Assembly (NCBI GenBank): GCA_964016885.1
Contig: OZ024742.1
Span: forward strand, 135,222,001 to 135,286,000
Reading direction: 5' to 3'
DNA: 64,000 bases
Source of the DNA: Eledone cirrhosa
Lineage: Eukaryota
Each line of letters starts with the position of its first letter. The first letter of the stretch is position 1. The notes below the pieces were generated by a model. The model had not been told where the DNA came from. It searched no databases and saw only the letters and a list, made by a program, of their open reading frames with translations. Of this stretch, positions 38,501-52,665 are shown one piece after another. A program made the position numbers and the translations under genes.

Positions 38501-41500
38501 GAGGTAGTGATGGTGGTGTAGTGTTGTTACTGGTAGTAAGTGTGGTGAGATAGAGGTAGTGATGGTGGTGTAGTGTTGTTACAGGTAGTAGGAGTGGTGA
38601 GGTAGAGGTGGTGGTGTAGTGTTGTTACTGGTAGTAGGAGTGGTGAGGTAGAGGTAGTGATGGTGGTGTAGTGTTGTTACTGGTAGTAAGTGTGGTGAGG
38701 TAGAGGTAGTGATGGTGGTGTAGTGTTGTTACTGGTAGTAGGAGTGGTAAGGTAGAGATGGAGGTGTAGTGTTGTTACTGGTAGTAGGAGTGGTGAGGTA
38801 GAGGTAGTGATGGTAGTGTAGTGCTGTTACTGGTAGTAGGAGTGGTGAGGTAGAGATGGTGGTGTAGTGTTGTTACTGGTAGTAGGAGTGGTGAGGTAGA
38901 GGTAGTGATGGTGGTGTAGTGTTGTTACTGGTAGTAGGAGTGGTGAGGTAGAGATGGTGGTGTAGTGTAGTTACTGGTAGTAGTGGTGGTGAGGTAGAGG
39001 TAGTGATGGTGGTGTAGTTCTGTTACTGGTAGTAGGAGTGGTGAGGTAGAGATGGTGGTGTAGTGTTGTTACTGGTAGTAGGAGTGGTGAGGTATAGGTA
39101 GTGATGGTGGTGTAGTGTTGTTACTGGTAGTAAGTGTGGTGAGGTAGAGGTAGTGATGTTGTTACTGGTAGTAGGTGTGGTGAGGTATAGGTAGTGATGG
39201 TGGTGTAGTGTTCTTACTGGTAGTAAGTGTGGTGAGGTAGAGGTAGCGATGGTGGTGTAGTGTTGTTACTGGTAGTAAGTGTGGTGAGGTAGAGGTAGCG
39301 ATGGTGGTGTAGTGTTGTTACTGGTAGTAAGTGTGGTAAGGTAGAGGTAGTCATGGTGATGTAGTGTTGTTACTGGTAGTAAGTGTGGTGAGGTAGAGGT
39401 AGTGATGGTTGTATAGTGTTGTTACTGGTAGTAAGTGTGGTGAAGTAGAGGTAGTGATGGTGGTGTAGTGTTGTTACTGGTAGTAAGTGTGGTTAGGTAG
39501 AGGTAGTGATGGTGGTGTAGTGATGGTGGTGTAGTGTTGTTACTGGTAGTAAGAATGGTGAGGTAGAGGTAGTGATGGTGGTGTAGTGATGGTGGTGTAG
39601 TGTTGTTACTGGTAGTAAGAATGGTGAGGTAGAGGTAGTGATGGTGGTGTAGTGATGGTGGTGTAGTGTTGTTACTGGTAGTAAGTGTGGTGAGGTAGAG
39701 GTAGTGATGGTGGTGTAGTGTTGTTACTGGTAGTAAGAATGGTGAGGTAGAGGTAGTGATGGTGGTGTAGTGATGGTGGTGTAGTGTTGTTACTGGTAGT
39801 AAGTGTGGTGAGGTAGAGGTAGTGATGGTGGTGTAGTGTTGTTACTGGTAGTAAGTGTGGTGAGGTAGAGGTAGTGATGGTGGTGTAGTGTTGTTACTGG
39901 TAGTAAGAGTGGTGAGGTAGAGGTAGTGATGGTGGTATAGTGTTGTTACTGGTAGTAAGTGTGGTGAGGTAGAGGTAGTGATGGTGGTGTAGTGTTGTTA
40001 CTGGTAGTAAGTGTGGTGAGGTAGAGGTAGTGATGGTGGTGTAGTGTTGTTACTGGGAGTAGGAGTGGTGAGGTAGAAGTAGTGATGGTGGTGTAGTGTT
40101 GTTACTGGTAGTAAGTGTGGTGAGGTAGAGGTAGTGATGGTGGTGTAGTCTTGTTACTGGTAGTAAGAGTGGTGAGGTAGAGGTAGTGATGGTGGTGTAG
40201 TGTTGTTACTGGTAGTAAGAGTTGTGAGGTAGAGGTAGTGATGGTGGTGTAGTGTTGTCACTGGTAGTAAGAGTGGTGAGGTAGAGGTAGTGATGGTGGT
40301 GTAGTGTTGTTACTGGTAGTAAGTGTGGTGAGGTAGAGGTAGTGATGGTGGTGTAGTGTTGTTACTGGTAGTAAGTGTGGTGAGGTAGAGGTAGTGATGG
40401 TGGTGTAGTGTTGTTACTGGTAGTAAGTCTGGTGAGGTAGAGGTTGTGATGATGGTGCAGTGTTGTTACTGGTAGTAAGTGTGGTGAGGTAGAGGTAGTG
40501 ATGGTGGTGTAGTGTTGTTACTGGTAGTAGGTGTGGTGAGGTAGAGGTAGTGATGGTGGTGTAGTGTTGTTACTGGTAGTAAGTGTGGTGAGGTAGAGGT
40601 AGTTATGGTGGTGTAGTGTTGTTACTGGTAGTAGGAGTGGTGAAGTAGAGGTTGTGATGGTGGTGTAGTGTTGTTACTGGTAGTAAGTGTGGTGAGGTAG
40701 AGGTAGTGATGGTGGTGTAGTGTTGTTACTGGTAGTAGGAGTGGTGAGGTAGAGGTAGTGATGGTGGTGTAGTGTTGTTACTGGTAGTAAGTGTGGTGAG
40801 GTAGAGGTAGTGATGGTGGTGTAGTGTTGTTACTGGTAGTAAGTGAGGTGAGGTAGTGGTAGTGATGGTGGTGTAGTGTTGTTACTGGTAGTAAGTGTGG
40901 TGAGGTAGAGGTAGTGATGGTGGTGTAGTGTTGTTACTGGTAGTAAGAGTGGTGAGGTAGAGGTAGTGATGATGGTGTAGTGTTGTTACTAGTAGTAAGT
41001 GTGGTGAAGTAGAGGTAGTGATGGTGTTGTAGTTTTGTTACTGGTAGTAAGAGTGGTGAGGTAGAGGTAGTGATGGTGGCGTAGTGTTGTTACTGGTAGT
41101 ATGTGTGGTGAGGTAGAGGTAGCGATGGTGGTGTAGTGTTGTTACTGGTAGTATGTGTGGTGAGGTAGAGGTAGCGATGGTGGTGTAGTGTTGTTACTGG
41201 TAGTAAGTGTGGTGAGGTAGGGGTAGTGATGCTGGTGTAGTGTTGTTACTGGTAGTAAGTGTGGTGAGGTAGAAGTAGTGATGGTGGTGTAGTGTTGTTA
41301 CTGGTAGTAAGTGTGGTGAGGTAGAAGTAGTGATGGTGGTGTAGTGTTGTTACTGGTAGTAAGAGTGGTAAGGTAGAGCTAGAGATGGTGGTATAGTGTT
41401 GTTACTGGTAGTAAGTGTGGTGAGGTAGAGGTAGTGATGGTGGTGTAGTGTTGTTACTGGTAGTAAGTGTAGTGAGGTAGAGGTAGTGATGGTGGTGTAG

Positions 41501-42750
41501 TGTTGTTACTGGTAGTAAGTGTGGTGTGGTAGGGGTAGTGATGGTGGTGTAGTGTTGTTACTCGTAGTAAGTGTGGTGAGGGAGAAGTAGTGATGGTGGT
41601 GTAGTGTTGTTACTGGTAGTAAGTGTGGTGCGTTAGAGGTAGTGATGGTGTTGTAGTTTTGTTACTGGTAGTAAGAGTGGTGAGGTAGAGGTAGTGATGG
41701 TGTTGTAGTCTTGTTACTGGTAGTAAGTGTGGTGAGGTAGAGGTAGTGATGGTGGTGTAGTGATGGTGGTGTAGTGTTGTTACTGGTAGTAAGTGTGGTG
41801 AGGTAGAGGTAGTGATGGTGGTGTAGTGTTGTTACTGGTAGTAAGTGTGGTGAGGTAGTGGTAGTGATGGTGGTGTAGTGTTGTTACTGGTAGTAAGTGT
41901 GGTGAGGTAGAGGTAGTGATGGTGGTGTAGTGTTGTTACTGGTAGTAAGAGTGGTGAGGTAGAGGTAGTGATGGTGGTGTAGTGTTGTCACTGGTAGTAA
42001 GAGTGGTGAGGTAGAGGTAGTGATGGTGGTGTAGTGTTGTTACTGGTAGTAAGTGTGGTGAGGTAGAGGTAGTGATGGTGGTGTAGTGTTGTTACTGGTA
42101 GTAAGTGTGGTGTGGTAGGGGTAGTGATGGTGGTGTAGTGTTGTTACTCGTAGTAAGTGTGGTGAGGTAGAAGTAGTGATGGTGGTGTAGTGTTGTTACT
42201 GGTAGTAAGTGTGGTGCGTTAGAGGTAGTGATGGTGTTGTAGTTTTGTTACTGGTAGTAAGAGTGGTGAGGTAGAGGTAGTGATGGTGTTGTAGTCTTGT
42301 TACTGGTAGTAAGTGTGGTGAGGTAGAGGTAGTGATGGTGGTGTAGTGTTGTTACTGGTAGTAAGTGTGGTGAGGTAGAGGTAGTGATGATGGTGTAGTG
42401 TTGTTACTGGTAGTAAGTGTGGTGAGGTAGTGGTAGTGATGGTGGTGTAGTGTTGTTACTGGTAGTAAGTGTGGTGAGGTAGAGGTAGTGATGGTGGTGT
42501 AGTGTTGTTACTGGTAGTAAGAGTGGTGAGGTAGAGGTAGTGATGGTGGTGTAGTGTTGTCACTGGTAGTAAGAGTGGTGAGGTAGAGGTAGTGATGGTG
42601 GTGTAGTGTTGTTACTGGTAGTAAGTGTGGTGAGGTAGAGGTAGTGATGGTGGTGTAGTGTTGTTACTGGGAGTAGGAGTGGTGAGGTAGAAGTAGTGAT
42701 GGTGGTGTAGTGTTGTTACTGGTAGTAAGTGTGGTGAGGTAGAGGTAGTG
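26530..42750. repeat. ~8.3-8.4 kb tandem higher-order duplication (~26530-34860 and ~34870-42750) with internal copy-number edits
   Basis: GAGGTGCTGG (C27189/C35525, offset 8336); the 80-bp triple-14mer unit (~27750/~36080); GTGTTGATGGTGAAG (29461/37887) and GTGTAGTTACTGGTAGTAGTGG (30541/38967), both at offset 8426. Confidence 0.87.
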
Positions 42751-45700
42751 ATGGTGGTGTAGTCTTGTTACTGGTAGTAAGAGTGGTGAGGTAGAGGTAG
42801 TGATGGTGGTGTAGTGTTGTTACTGGTAGTAAGAGTTGTGAGGTAGAGGTAGTGATGGTGGTGTAGTGTTGTCACTGGTAGTAAGAGTGGTGAGGTAGAG
42901 GTAGTGATGGTGGTGTAGTGTTGTTACTGGTAGTAAGTGTGGTGAGGTAGAGGTAGTGATGGTGGTGTAGTGTTGTTACTGGTAGTAAGTGTGGTGAGGT
43001 AGAGGTAGTGATGGTGGTGTAGTGTTGTTACTGGTAGTAAGTCTGGTGAGGTAGAGGTTGTGATGATGGTGCAGTGTTGTTACTGGTAGTAAGTGTGGTG
43101 AGGTAGAGGTAGTGATGGTGGTGTAGTGTTGTTACTGGTAGTAGGTGTGGTGAGGTAGAGGTAGTGATGGTGGTGTAGTGTTGTTACTGGTAGTAAGTGT
43201 GGTGAGGTAGAGGTAGTTATGGTGGTGTAGTGTTGTTACTGGTAGTAGGAGTGGTGAAGTAGAGGTTGTGATGGTGGTGTAGTGTTGTTACTGGTAGTAA
43301 GTGTGGTGAGGTAGAGGTAGTGATGGTGGTGTAGTGTTGTTACTGGTAGTAGGAGTGGTGAGGTAGAGGTAGCGATGGTGGTGTAGTGTTGTTACTGGTA
43401 GTAAGTGTGGTAAGGTAGAGGTAGTCATGGTGATGTAGTGTTGTTACTGGTAGTAAGTGTGGTGAGGTAGAGGTAGTGATGGTTGTATAGTGTTGTTACT
43501 GGTAGTAAGTGTGGTGAAGTAGAGGTAGTGATGGTGGTGTAGTGTTGTTACTGGTAGTAAGTGTGGTTAGGTAGAGGTAGTGATGGTGGTGTAGTGATGG
43601 TGGTGTAGTGTTGTTACTGGTAGTAAGAATGGTGAGGTAGAGGTAGTGATGGTGGTGTAGTGATGGTGGTGTAGTGTTGTTACTGGTAGTAAGTGTGGTG
43701 AGGTAGAGGTAGTGATGGTGGTGTAGTGTTGTTACTGGTAGTAAGTGTGGTGAGGTAGAGGTAGTGATGGTGGTGTAGTGTTGTTACTGGTAGTAAGAGT
43801 GGTGAGGTAGAGGTAGTGATGGTGGTATAGTGTTGTTACTGGTAGTAAGTGTGGTGAGGTAGAGGTAGTGATGGTGGTGTAGTGTTGTTACTGGTAGTAA
43901 GTGTGGTGAGGTAGAGGTAGTGATGGTGGTGTAGTGTTGTTACTGGGAGTAGGAGTGGTGAGGTAGAAGTAGTGATGGTGGTGTAGTGTTGTTACTGGTA
44001 GTAAGTGTGGTGAGGTAGAGGTAGTGATGGTGGTGTAGTCTTGTTACTGGTAGTAAGAGTGGTGAGGTAGAGGTAGTGATGGTGGTGTAGTGTTGTTACT
44101 GGTAGTAAGTGTGGTGAGGTAGAGGTAGTGATGGTGGTGTAGTGTTGTTACTGGTAGTAAGAGTTGTGAGGTAGAGGTAGTGATGGTGGTGTAGTGTTGT
44201 CACTGGTAGTAAGAGTGGTGAGGTAGAGGTAGTGATGGTGGTATGGTGTTGTTACTGGTAGTAAGTGTGGTGAGGTAGAGGTAGTGATGGTGGTGTAGTG
44301 TTGTTACTGGTAGTAAGTGTGGTGAGGTAGAGGTAGTGATGGTGGTGTAGTGTTGTTACTGGTAGTAAGTCTGGTGAGGTAGAGGTTGTGATGATGGTGC
44401 AGTGTTGTTACTGGTAGTAAGTGTGGTGAGGTAGAGGTAGTGATGGTGGTGTAGTGTTGTTACTGGTAGTAGGTGTGGTGAGGTAGAGGTAGTGATGGTG
44501 GTGTAGTGTTGTTACTGGTAGTAAGTGTGGTGAGGTGGAGGTAGTTATGGTGGTGTAGTGTTGTTACTGGTAGTAGGAGTGGTGAAGTAGAGGTTGTGAT
44601 GGTGGTGTAGTGTTGTTACTGGCTTGTAAGTGTGGTGAGGTAGAGGTAGTGATGGTGGTGTAGTGTTGTTACTGGTAGTAGGAGTGGTGAGGTAGAGGTA
44701 GTGATGGTGGTGTAGTGTTGTTACTGGTAGTAAGTGTGGTGAGGTAGAGGTAGTGATGGTGGTGTAGTGTTGTTACTGGTAGTAAGTGAGGTGAGGTAGT
44801 GGTAGTGATGGTGGTGTAGTGTTGTTACTGGTAGTAAGTGTGGTGAGGTAGAGGTAGTGATGGTGGTGTAGTGTTGTTACTGGTAGTAAGAGTGGTGAGG
44901 TAGAGGTAGTGATGATGGTGTAGTGTTGTTACTAGTAGTAAGTGTGGTGAAGTAGAGGTAGTGATGGTGTTGTAGTTTTGTTACTGGTAGTAAGAGTGGT
45001 GAGGTAGAGGTAGTGATGGTGGCGTAGTGTTGTTACTGGTAGTATGTGTGGTGAGGTAGAGGTAGCGATGGTGGTGTAGTGTTGTTACTGGTAGTATGTG
45101 TGGTGAGGTAGAGGTAGCGATGGTGGTGTAGTGTTGTTACTGGTAGTAAGTGTGGTGAGGTAGAGGTAGTGATGGTGGTGTAGTGTTGTTACTGGTAGTA
45201 AGTGTGGTGAGGTAGAGGTAGTGATGGTGGTGTAATGTTGTTACTGGTAGTAAGTGTGGTGAGGTAGAGGTAGTGATGGTGGTGTAGTGTTGTTACTGGT
45301 AGTAAGTGTGGTGAGGTAGAGGTAGTGATGGTGGTGTAGTGTTGTTACTGGTAGTAAGTGTGGTGAGGTGGAGGTAGTGATGGTGGTGTAGTGCTGTTGC
45401 TGGTAGTAAGTGTGGTGAGGTAGAGGTAGTGTTGATGGTGAAGTGTTGTTACTGGTAGTAAGTGTGGTGACGTAGTGGTAGTGAAGGTGGTGTAGTGTTG
45501 TTACTGGTAGTATGTGTAGTGAGGTAGAGGTAGTGATGGTGGTGTAGTGTTGTTACTGGTAGTAAGTGTGGTGAGGTAGAGGTAGTGATGGTGGTGTAGT
45601 GTTGTTAGTGGTAGTAAGTGTGGTGAGGTAGAGGTAGTGATGGTGGTGTAGTGTTGTTACTGGTAGTAAGAGTGGTGAGGTAGAGGTAGTGATGGTGGTG

Positions 45701-48700
45701 TAGTGTTGTTACTGGTAGTAAGAGTGGTGAGGTAGAGGTAGTGATGGTGGTGTAGTGTTGTTACTGGTAGTAAGTGTGGTGAGGTAGAGGTAGTGATGGT
45801 GGTGTAGTGTTGTTACTGGTAGTAAGTGTGGTGAGGTAGAGTTAGTGATGGTGGTGTAGTGTTGTTACTGGTAGTAAGTGTGGTGAGGTAGAGGTAGTGA
45901 TGGTGGTGTGATGTTGTTACTGGTAGTAGGAGTGGTGAGGTAGAGGTAGTGATGGTGGTGTAGTGTTGTTAGTGGTAGTAAGTGTGGTGAGGTAGAGGTA
46001 GTGATGGTGGTGTAGTGTTGTTACTGGTAGTAAGTGTGGTGAGGTAGAGGTAGTGATGGTGGTGTAGTGTTGTTACTGGTAGTAAGTGTGGTGAGATAGA
46101 GGTAGTGATGGTGGTGTAGTGTTGTTACAGGTAGTAGGAGTGGTGAGGTAGAGGTGGTGGTGTAGTGTTGTTACTGGTAGTAGGAGTGGTGAGGTAGAGG
46201 TAGTGATGGTGGTGTAGTGTTGTTACTGGTAGTAAGTGTGGTGAGGTAGAGGTAGTGATGGTGGTGTAGTGTTGTTACTGGTAGTAGGAGTGGTAAGGTA
46301 GAGATGGAGGTGTAGTGTTGTTACTGGTAGTAGGAGTGGTGAGGTAGAGGTAGTGATGGTAGTGTAGTGCTGTTACTGGTAGTAGGAGTGGTGAGGTAGA
46401 GATGGTGGTGTAGTGTTGTTACTGGTAGTAGGAGTGGTGAGGTAGAGGTAGTGATGGTGGTGTAGTGTTGTTACTGGTAGTAGGAGTGGTGAGGTAGAGA
46501 TGGTGGTGTAGTGTAGTTACTGGTAGTAGTGGTGGTGAGGTAGAGGTAGTGATGGTGGTGTAGTTCTGTTACTGGTAGTAGGAGTGGTGAGGTAGAGATG
46601 GTGGTGTAGTGTTGTTACTGGTAGTAGGAGTGGTGAGGTATAGGTAGTGATGGTGGTGTAGTGTTGTTACTGGTAGTAAGTGTGGTGAGGTAGAGGTAGT
46701 GATGTTGTTACTGGTAGTAGGTGTGGTGAGGTATAGGTAGTGATGGTGGTGTAGTGTTCTTACTGGTAGTAAGTGTGGTGAGGTAGAGGTAGCGATGGTG
46801 GTGTAGTGTTGTTACTGGTAGTAAGTGTGGTGAGGTAGAGGTAGCGATGGTGGTGTAGTGTTGTTACTGGTAGTAAGTGTGGTAAGGTAGAGGTAGTCAT
46901 GGTGATGTAGTGTTGTTACTGGTAGTAAGTGTGGTGAGGTAGAGGTAGTGATGGTTGTATAGTGTTGTTACTGGTAGTAAGTGTGGTGAAGTAGAGGTAG
47001 TGATGGTGGTGTAGTGTTGTTACTGGTAGTAAGTGTGGTTAGGTAGAGGTAGTGATGGTGGTGTAGTGATGGTGGTGTAGTGTTGTTACTGGTAGTAAGA
47101 ATGGTGAGGTAGAGGTAGTGATGGTGGTGTAGTGATGGTGGTGTAGTGTTGTTACTGGTAGTAAGAATGGTGAGGTAGAGGTAGTGATGGTGGTGTAGTG
47201 ATGGTGGTGTAGTGTTGTTACTGGTAGTAAGTGTGGTGAGGTAGAGGTAGTGATGGTGGTGTAGTGTTGTTACTGGTAGTAAGAATGGTGAGGTAGAGGT
47301 AGTGATGGTGGTGTAGTGATGGTGGTGTAGTGTTGTTACTGGTAGTAAGTGTGGTGAGGTAGAGGTAGTGATGGTGGTGTAGTGTTGTTACTGGTAGTAA
47401 GTGTGGTGAGGTAGAGGTAGTGATGGTGGTGTAGTGTTGTTACTGGTAGTAAGAGTGGTGAGGTAGAGGTAGTGATGGTGGTATAGTGTTGTTACTGGTA
47501 GTAAGTGTGGTGAGGTAGAGGTAGTGATGGTGGTGTAGTGTTGTTACTGGTAGTAAGTGTGGTGAGGTAGAGGTAGTGATGGTGGTGTAGTGTTGTTACT
47601 GGGAGTAGGAGTGGTGAGGTAGAAGTAGTGATGGTGGTGTAGTGTTGTTACTGGTAGTAAGTGTGGTGAGGTAGAGGTAGTGATGGTGGTGTAGTCTTGT
47701 TACTGGTAGTAAGAGTGGTGAGGTAGAGGTAGTGATGGTGGTGTAGTGTTGTTACTGGTAGTAAGAGTTGTGAGGTAGAGGTAGTGATGGTGGTGTAGTG
47801 TTGTCACTGGTAGTAAGAGTGGTGAGGTAGAGGTAGTGATGGTGGTGTAGTGTTGTTACTGGTAGTAAGTGTGGTGAGGTAGAGGTAGTGATGGTGGTGT
47901 AGTGTTGTTACTGGTAGTAAGTGTGGTGAGGTAGAGGTAGTGATGGTGGTGTAGTGTTGTTACTGGTAGTAAGTCTGGTGAGGTAGAGGTTGTGATGATG
48001 GTGCAGTGTTGTTACTGGTAGTAAGTGTGGTGAGGTAGAGGTAGTGATGGTGGTGTAGTGTTGTTACTGGTAGTAGGTGTGGTGAGGTAGAGGTAGTGAT
48101 GGTGGTGTAGTGTTGTTACTGGTAGTAAGTGTGGTGAGGTAGAGGTAGTTATGGTGGTGTAGTGTTGTTACTGGTAGTAGGAGTGGTGAAGTAGAGGTTG
48201 TGATGGTGGTGTAGTGTTGTTACTGGTAGTAAGTGTGGTGAGGTAGAGGTAGTGATGGTGGTGTAGTGTTGTTACTGGTAGTAGGAGTGGTGAGGTAGAG
48301 GTAGTGATGGTGGTGTAGTGTTGTTACTGGTAGTAAGTGTGGTGAGGTAGAGGTAGTGATGGTGGTGTAGTGTTGTTACTGGTAGTAAGTGAGGTGAGGT
48401 AGTGGTAGTGATGGTGGTGTAGTGTTGTTACTGGTAGTAAGTGTGGTGAGGTAGAGGTAGTGATGGTGGTGTAGTGTTGTTACTGGTAGTAAGAGTGGTG
48501 AGGTAGAGGTAGTGATGATGGTGTAGTGTTGTTACTAGTAGTAAGTGTGGTGAAGTAGAGGTAGTGATGGTGTTGTAGTTTTGTTACTGGTAGTAAGAGT
48601 GGTGAGGTAGAGGTAGTGATGGTGGCGTAGTGTTGTTACTGGTAGTATGTGTGGTGAGGTAGAGGTAGCGATGGTGGTGTAGTGTTGTTACTGGTAGTAT

Positions 48701-51700
48701 GTGTGGTGAGGTAGAGGTAGCGATGGTGGTGTAGTGTTGTTACTGGTAGTAAGTGTGGTGAGGTAGGGGTAGTGATGCTGGTGTAGTGTTGTTACTGGTA
48801 GTAAGTGTGGTGAGGTAGAAGTAGTGATGGTGGTGTAGTGTTGTTACTGGTAGTAAGTGTGGTGAGGTAGAAGTAGTGATGGTGGTGTAGTGTTGTTACT
48901 GGTAGTAAGAGTGGTAAGGTAGAGCTAGAGATGGTGGTATAGTGTTGTTACTGGTAGTAAGTGTGGTGAGGTAGAGGTAGTGATGGTGGTGTAGTGTTGT
49001 TACTGGTAGTAAGTGTAGTGAGGTAGAGGTAGTGATGGTGGTGTAGTGTTGTTACTGGTAGTAAGTGTGGTGTGGTAGGGGTAGTGATGGTGGTGTAGTG
49101 TTGTTACTCGTAGTAAGTGTGGTGAGGGAGAAGTAGTGATGGTGGTGTAGTGTTGTTACTGGTAGTAAGTGTGGTGCGTTAGAGGTAGTGATGGTGTTGT
49201 AGTTTTGTTACTGGTAGTAAGAGTGGTGAGGTAGAGGTAGTGATGGTGTTGTAGTCTTGTTACTGGTAGTAAGTGTGGTGAGGTAGAGGTAGTGATGGTG
49301 GTGTAGTGATGGTGGTGTAGTGTTGTTACTGGTAGTAAGTGTGGTGAGGTAGAGGTAGTGATGGTGGTGTAGTGTTGTTACTGGTAGTAAGTGTGGTGAG
49401 GTAGTGGTAGTGATGGTGGTGTAGTGTTGTTACTGGTAGTAAGTGTGGTGAGGTAGAGGTAGTGATGGTGGTGTAGTGTTGTTACTGGTAGTAAGAGTGG
49501 TGAGGTAGAGGTAGTGATGGTGGTGTAGTGTTGTCACTGGTAGTAAGAGTGGTGAGGTAGAGGTAGTGATGGTGGTGTAGTGTTGTTACTGGTAGTAAGT
49601 GTGGTGAGGTAGAGGTAGTGATGGTGGTGTAGTGTTGTTACTGGTAGTAAGTGTGGTGTGGTAGGGGTAGTGATGGTGGTGTAGTGTTGTTACTCGTAGT
49701 AAGTGTGGTGAGGTAGAAGTAGTGATGGTGGTGTAGTGTTGTTACTGGTAGTAAGTGTGGTGCGTTAGAGGTAGTGATGGTGTTGTAGTTTTGTTACTGG
49801 TAGTAAGAGTGGTGAGGTAGAGGTAGTGATGGTGTTGTAGTCTTGTTACTGGTAGTAAGTGTGGTGAGGTAGAGGTAGTGATGGTGGTGTAGTGATGGTG
49901 GTGTAGTGTTGTTACTGGTAGTAAGTGTGGTGAGGTAGAGGTAGTGATGATGGTGTAGTGTTGTTACTGGTAGTAAGTGTGGTGAGGTAGTGGTAGTGAT
50001 GGTGGTGTAGTGTTGTTACTGGTAGTAAGTGTGGTGAGGTAGAGGTAGTGATGGTGGTGTAGTGTTGTTACTGGTAGTAAGAGTGGTGAGGTAGAGGTAG
50101 TGATGGTGGTGTAGTGTTGTCACTGGTAGTAAGAGTGGTGAGGTAGAGGTAGTGATGGTGGTGTAGTGTTGTTACTGGTAGTAAGTGTGGTGAGGTAGAG
50201 GTAGTGATGGTGGTGTAGTGTTGTTACTGGGAGTAGGAGTGGTGAGGTAGAAGTAGTGATGGTGGTGTAGTGTTGTTACTGGTAGTAAGTGTGGTGAGGT
50301 AGAGGTAGTGATGGTGGTGTAGTCTTGTTACTGGTAGTAAGAGTGGTGAGGTAGAGGTAGTGATGGTGGTGTAGTGTTGTTACTGGTAGTAAGAGTTGTG
50401 AGGTAGAGGTAGTGATGGTGGTGTAGTGTTGTCACTGGTAGTAAGAGTGGTGAGGTAGAGGTAGTGATGGTGGTGTAGTGTTGTTACTGGTAGTAAGTGT
50501 GGTGAGGTAGAGGTAGTGATGGTGGTGTAGTGTTGTTACTGGTAGTAAGTGTGGTGAGGTAGAGGTAGTGATGGTGGTGTAGTGTTGTTACTGGTAGTAA
50601 GTCTGGTGAGGTAGAGGTTGTGATGATGGTGCAGTGTTGTTACTGGTAGTAAGTGTGGTGAGGTAGAGGTAGTGATGGTGGTGTAGTGTTGTTACTGGTA
50701 GTAGGTGTGGTGAGGTAGAGGTAGTGATGGTGGTGTAGTGTTGTTACTGGTAGTAAGTGTGGTGAGGTAGAGGTAGTTATGGTGGTGTAGTGTTGTTACT
50801 GGTAGTAGGAGTGGTGAAGTAGAGGTTGTGATGGTGGTGTAGTGTTGTTACTGGTAGTAAGTGTGGTGAGGTAGAGGTAGTGATGGTGGTGTAGTGTTGT
50901 TACTGGTAGTAGGAGTGGTGAGGTAGAGGTAGCGATGGTGGTGTAGTGTTGTTACTGGTAGTAAGTGTGGTAAGGTAGAGGTAGTCATGGTGATGTAGTG
51001 TTGTTACTGGTAGTAAGTGTGGTGAGGTAGAGGTAGTGATGGTTGTATAGTGTTGTTACTGGTAGTAAGTGTGGTGAAGTAGAGGTAGTGATGGTGGTGT
51101 AGTGTTGTTACTGGTAGTAAGTGTGGTTAGGTAGAGGTAGTGATGGTGGTGTAGTGATGGTGGTGTAGTGTTGTTACTGGTAGTAAGAATGGTGAGGTAG
51201 AGGTAGTGATGGTGGTGTAGTGATGGTGGTGTAGTGTTGTTACTGGTAGTAAGTGTGGTGAGGTAGAGGTAGTGATGGTGGTGTAGTGTTGTTACTGGTA
51301 GTAAGTGTGGTGAGGTAGAGGTAGTGATGGTGGTGTAGTGTTGTTACTGGTAGTAAGAGTGGTGAGGTAGAGGTAGTGATGGTGGTATAGTGTTGTTACT
51401 GGTAGTAAGTGTGGTGAGGTAGAGGTAGTGATGGTGGTGTAGTGTTGTTACTGGTAGTAGGTGTGGTGAGGTAGAGGTAGTGATGGTGGTGTAGTGTTGT
51501 TACTGGGAGTAGGAGTGGTGAGGTAGAAGTAGTGATGGTGGTGTAGTGTTGTTACTGGTAGTAAGTGTGGTGAGGTAGAGGTAGTGATGGTGGTGTAGTC
51601 TTGTTACTGGTAGTAAGAGTGGTGAGGTAGAGGTAGTGATGGTGGTGTAGTGTTGTTACTGGTAGTAAGAGTTGTGAGGTAGAGGTAGTGATGGTGGTGT

Positions 51701-52665
51701 AGTGTTGTCACTGGTAGTAAGAGTGGTGAGGTAGAGGTAGTGATGGTGGTGTAGTGTTGTTACTGGTAGTAAGTGTGGTGAGGTAGAGGTAGTGATGGTG
51801 GTGTAGTGTTGTTACTGGTAGTAAGTGTGGTGAGGTAGAGGTAGTGATGGTGGTGTAGTGTTGTTACTGGTAGTAAGTCTGGTGAGGTAGAGGTTGTGAT
51901 GATGGTGCAGTGTTGTTACTGGTAGTAAGTGTGGTGAGGTAGAGGTAGTGATGGTGGTGTAGTGTTGTTACTGGTAGTAGGTGTGGTGAGGTAGAGGTAG
52001 TGATGGTGGTGTAGTGTTGTTACTGGTAGTAAGTGTGGTGAGGTGGAGGTAGTTATGGTGGTGTAGTGTTGTTACTGGTAGTAGGAGTGGTGAAGTAGAG
52101 GTTGTGATGGTGGTGTAGTGTTGTTACTGGCTTGTAAGTGTGGTGAGGTAGAGGTAGTGATGGTGGTGTAGTGTTGTTACTGGTAGTAGGAGTGGTGAGG
52201 TAGAGGTAGTGATGGTGGTGTAGTGTTGTTACTGGTAGTAAGTGTGGTGAGGTAGAGGTAGTGATGGTGGTGTAGTGTTGTTACTGGTAGTAAGTGAGGT
52301 GAGGTAGTGGTAGTGATGGTGGTGTAGTGTTGTTACTGGTAGTAAGTGTGGTGAGGTAGAGGTAGTGATGGTGGTGTAGTGTTGTTACTGGTAGTAAGAG
52401 TGGTGAGGTAGAGGTAGTGATGATGGTGTAGTGTTGTTACTAGTAGTAAGTGTGGTGAAGTAGAGGTAGTGATGGTGTTGTAGTTTTGTTACTGGTAGTA
52501 AGAGTGGTGAGGTAGAGGTAGTGATGGTGGCGTAGTGTTGTTACTGGTAGTATGTGTGGTGAGGTAGAGGTAGCGATGGTGGTGTAGTGTTGTTACTGGT
52601 AGTATGTGTGGTGAGGTAGAGGTAGCGATGGTGGTGTAGTGTTGTTACTGGTAGTAAGTGTGGTG
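37630..52665. repeat. ~7.5 kb near-identical tandem duplication (~37630-45160 and ~45176-52665), about 145 monomers
   Basis: Offset 7546 for TGTAATG (37688/45234), GAGATGGAGG (38761/46307) and GAGGGAGAAG (41578/49124). The offset is 7560 after a 14-bp indel (lines 42421 and 49981 are identical) and 7508 at GGCTTGTAAG (C44623/C52131). Confidence 0.93.
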
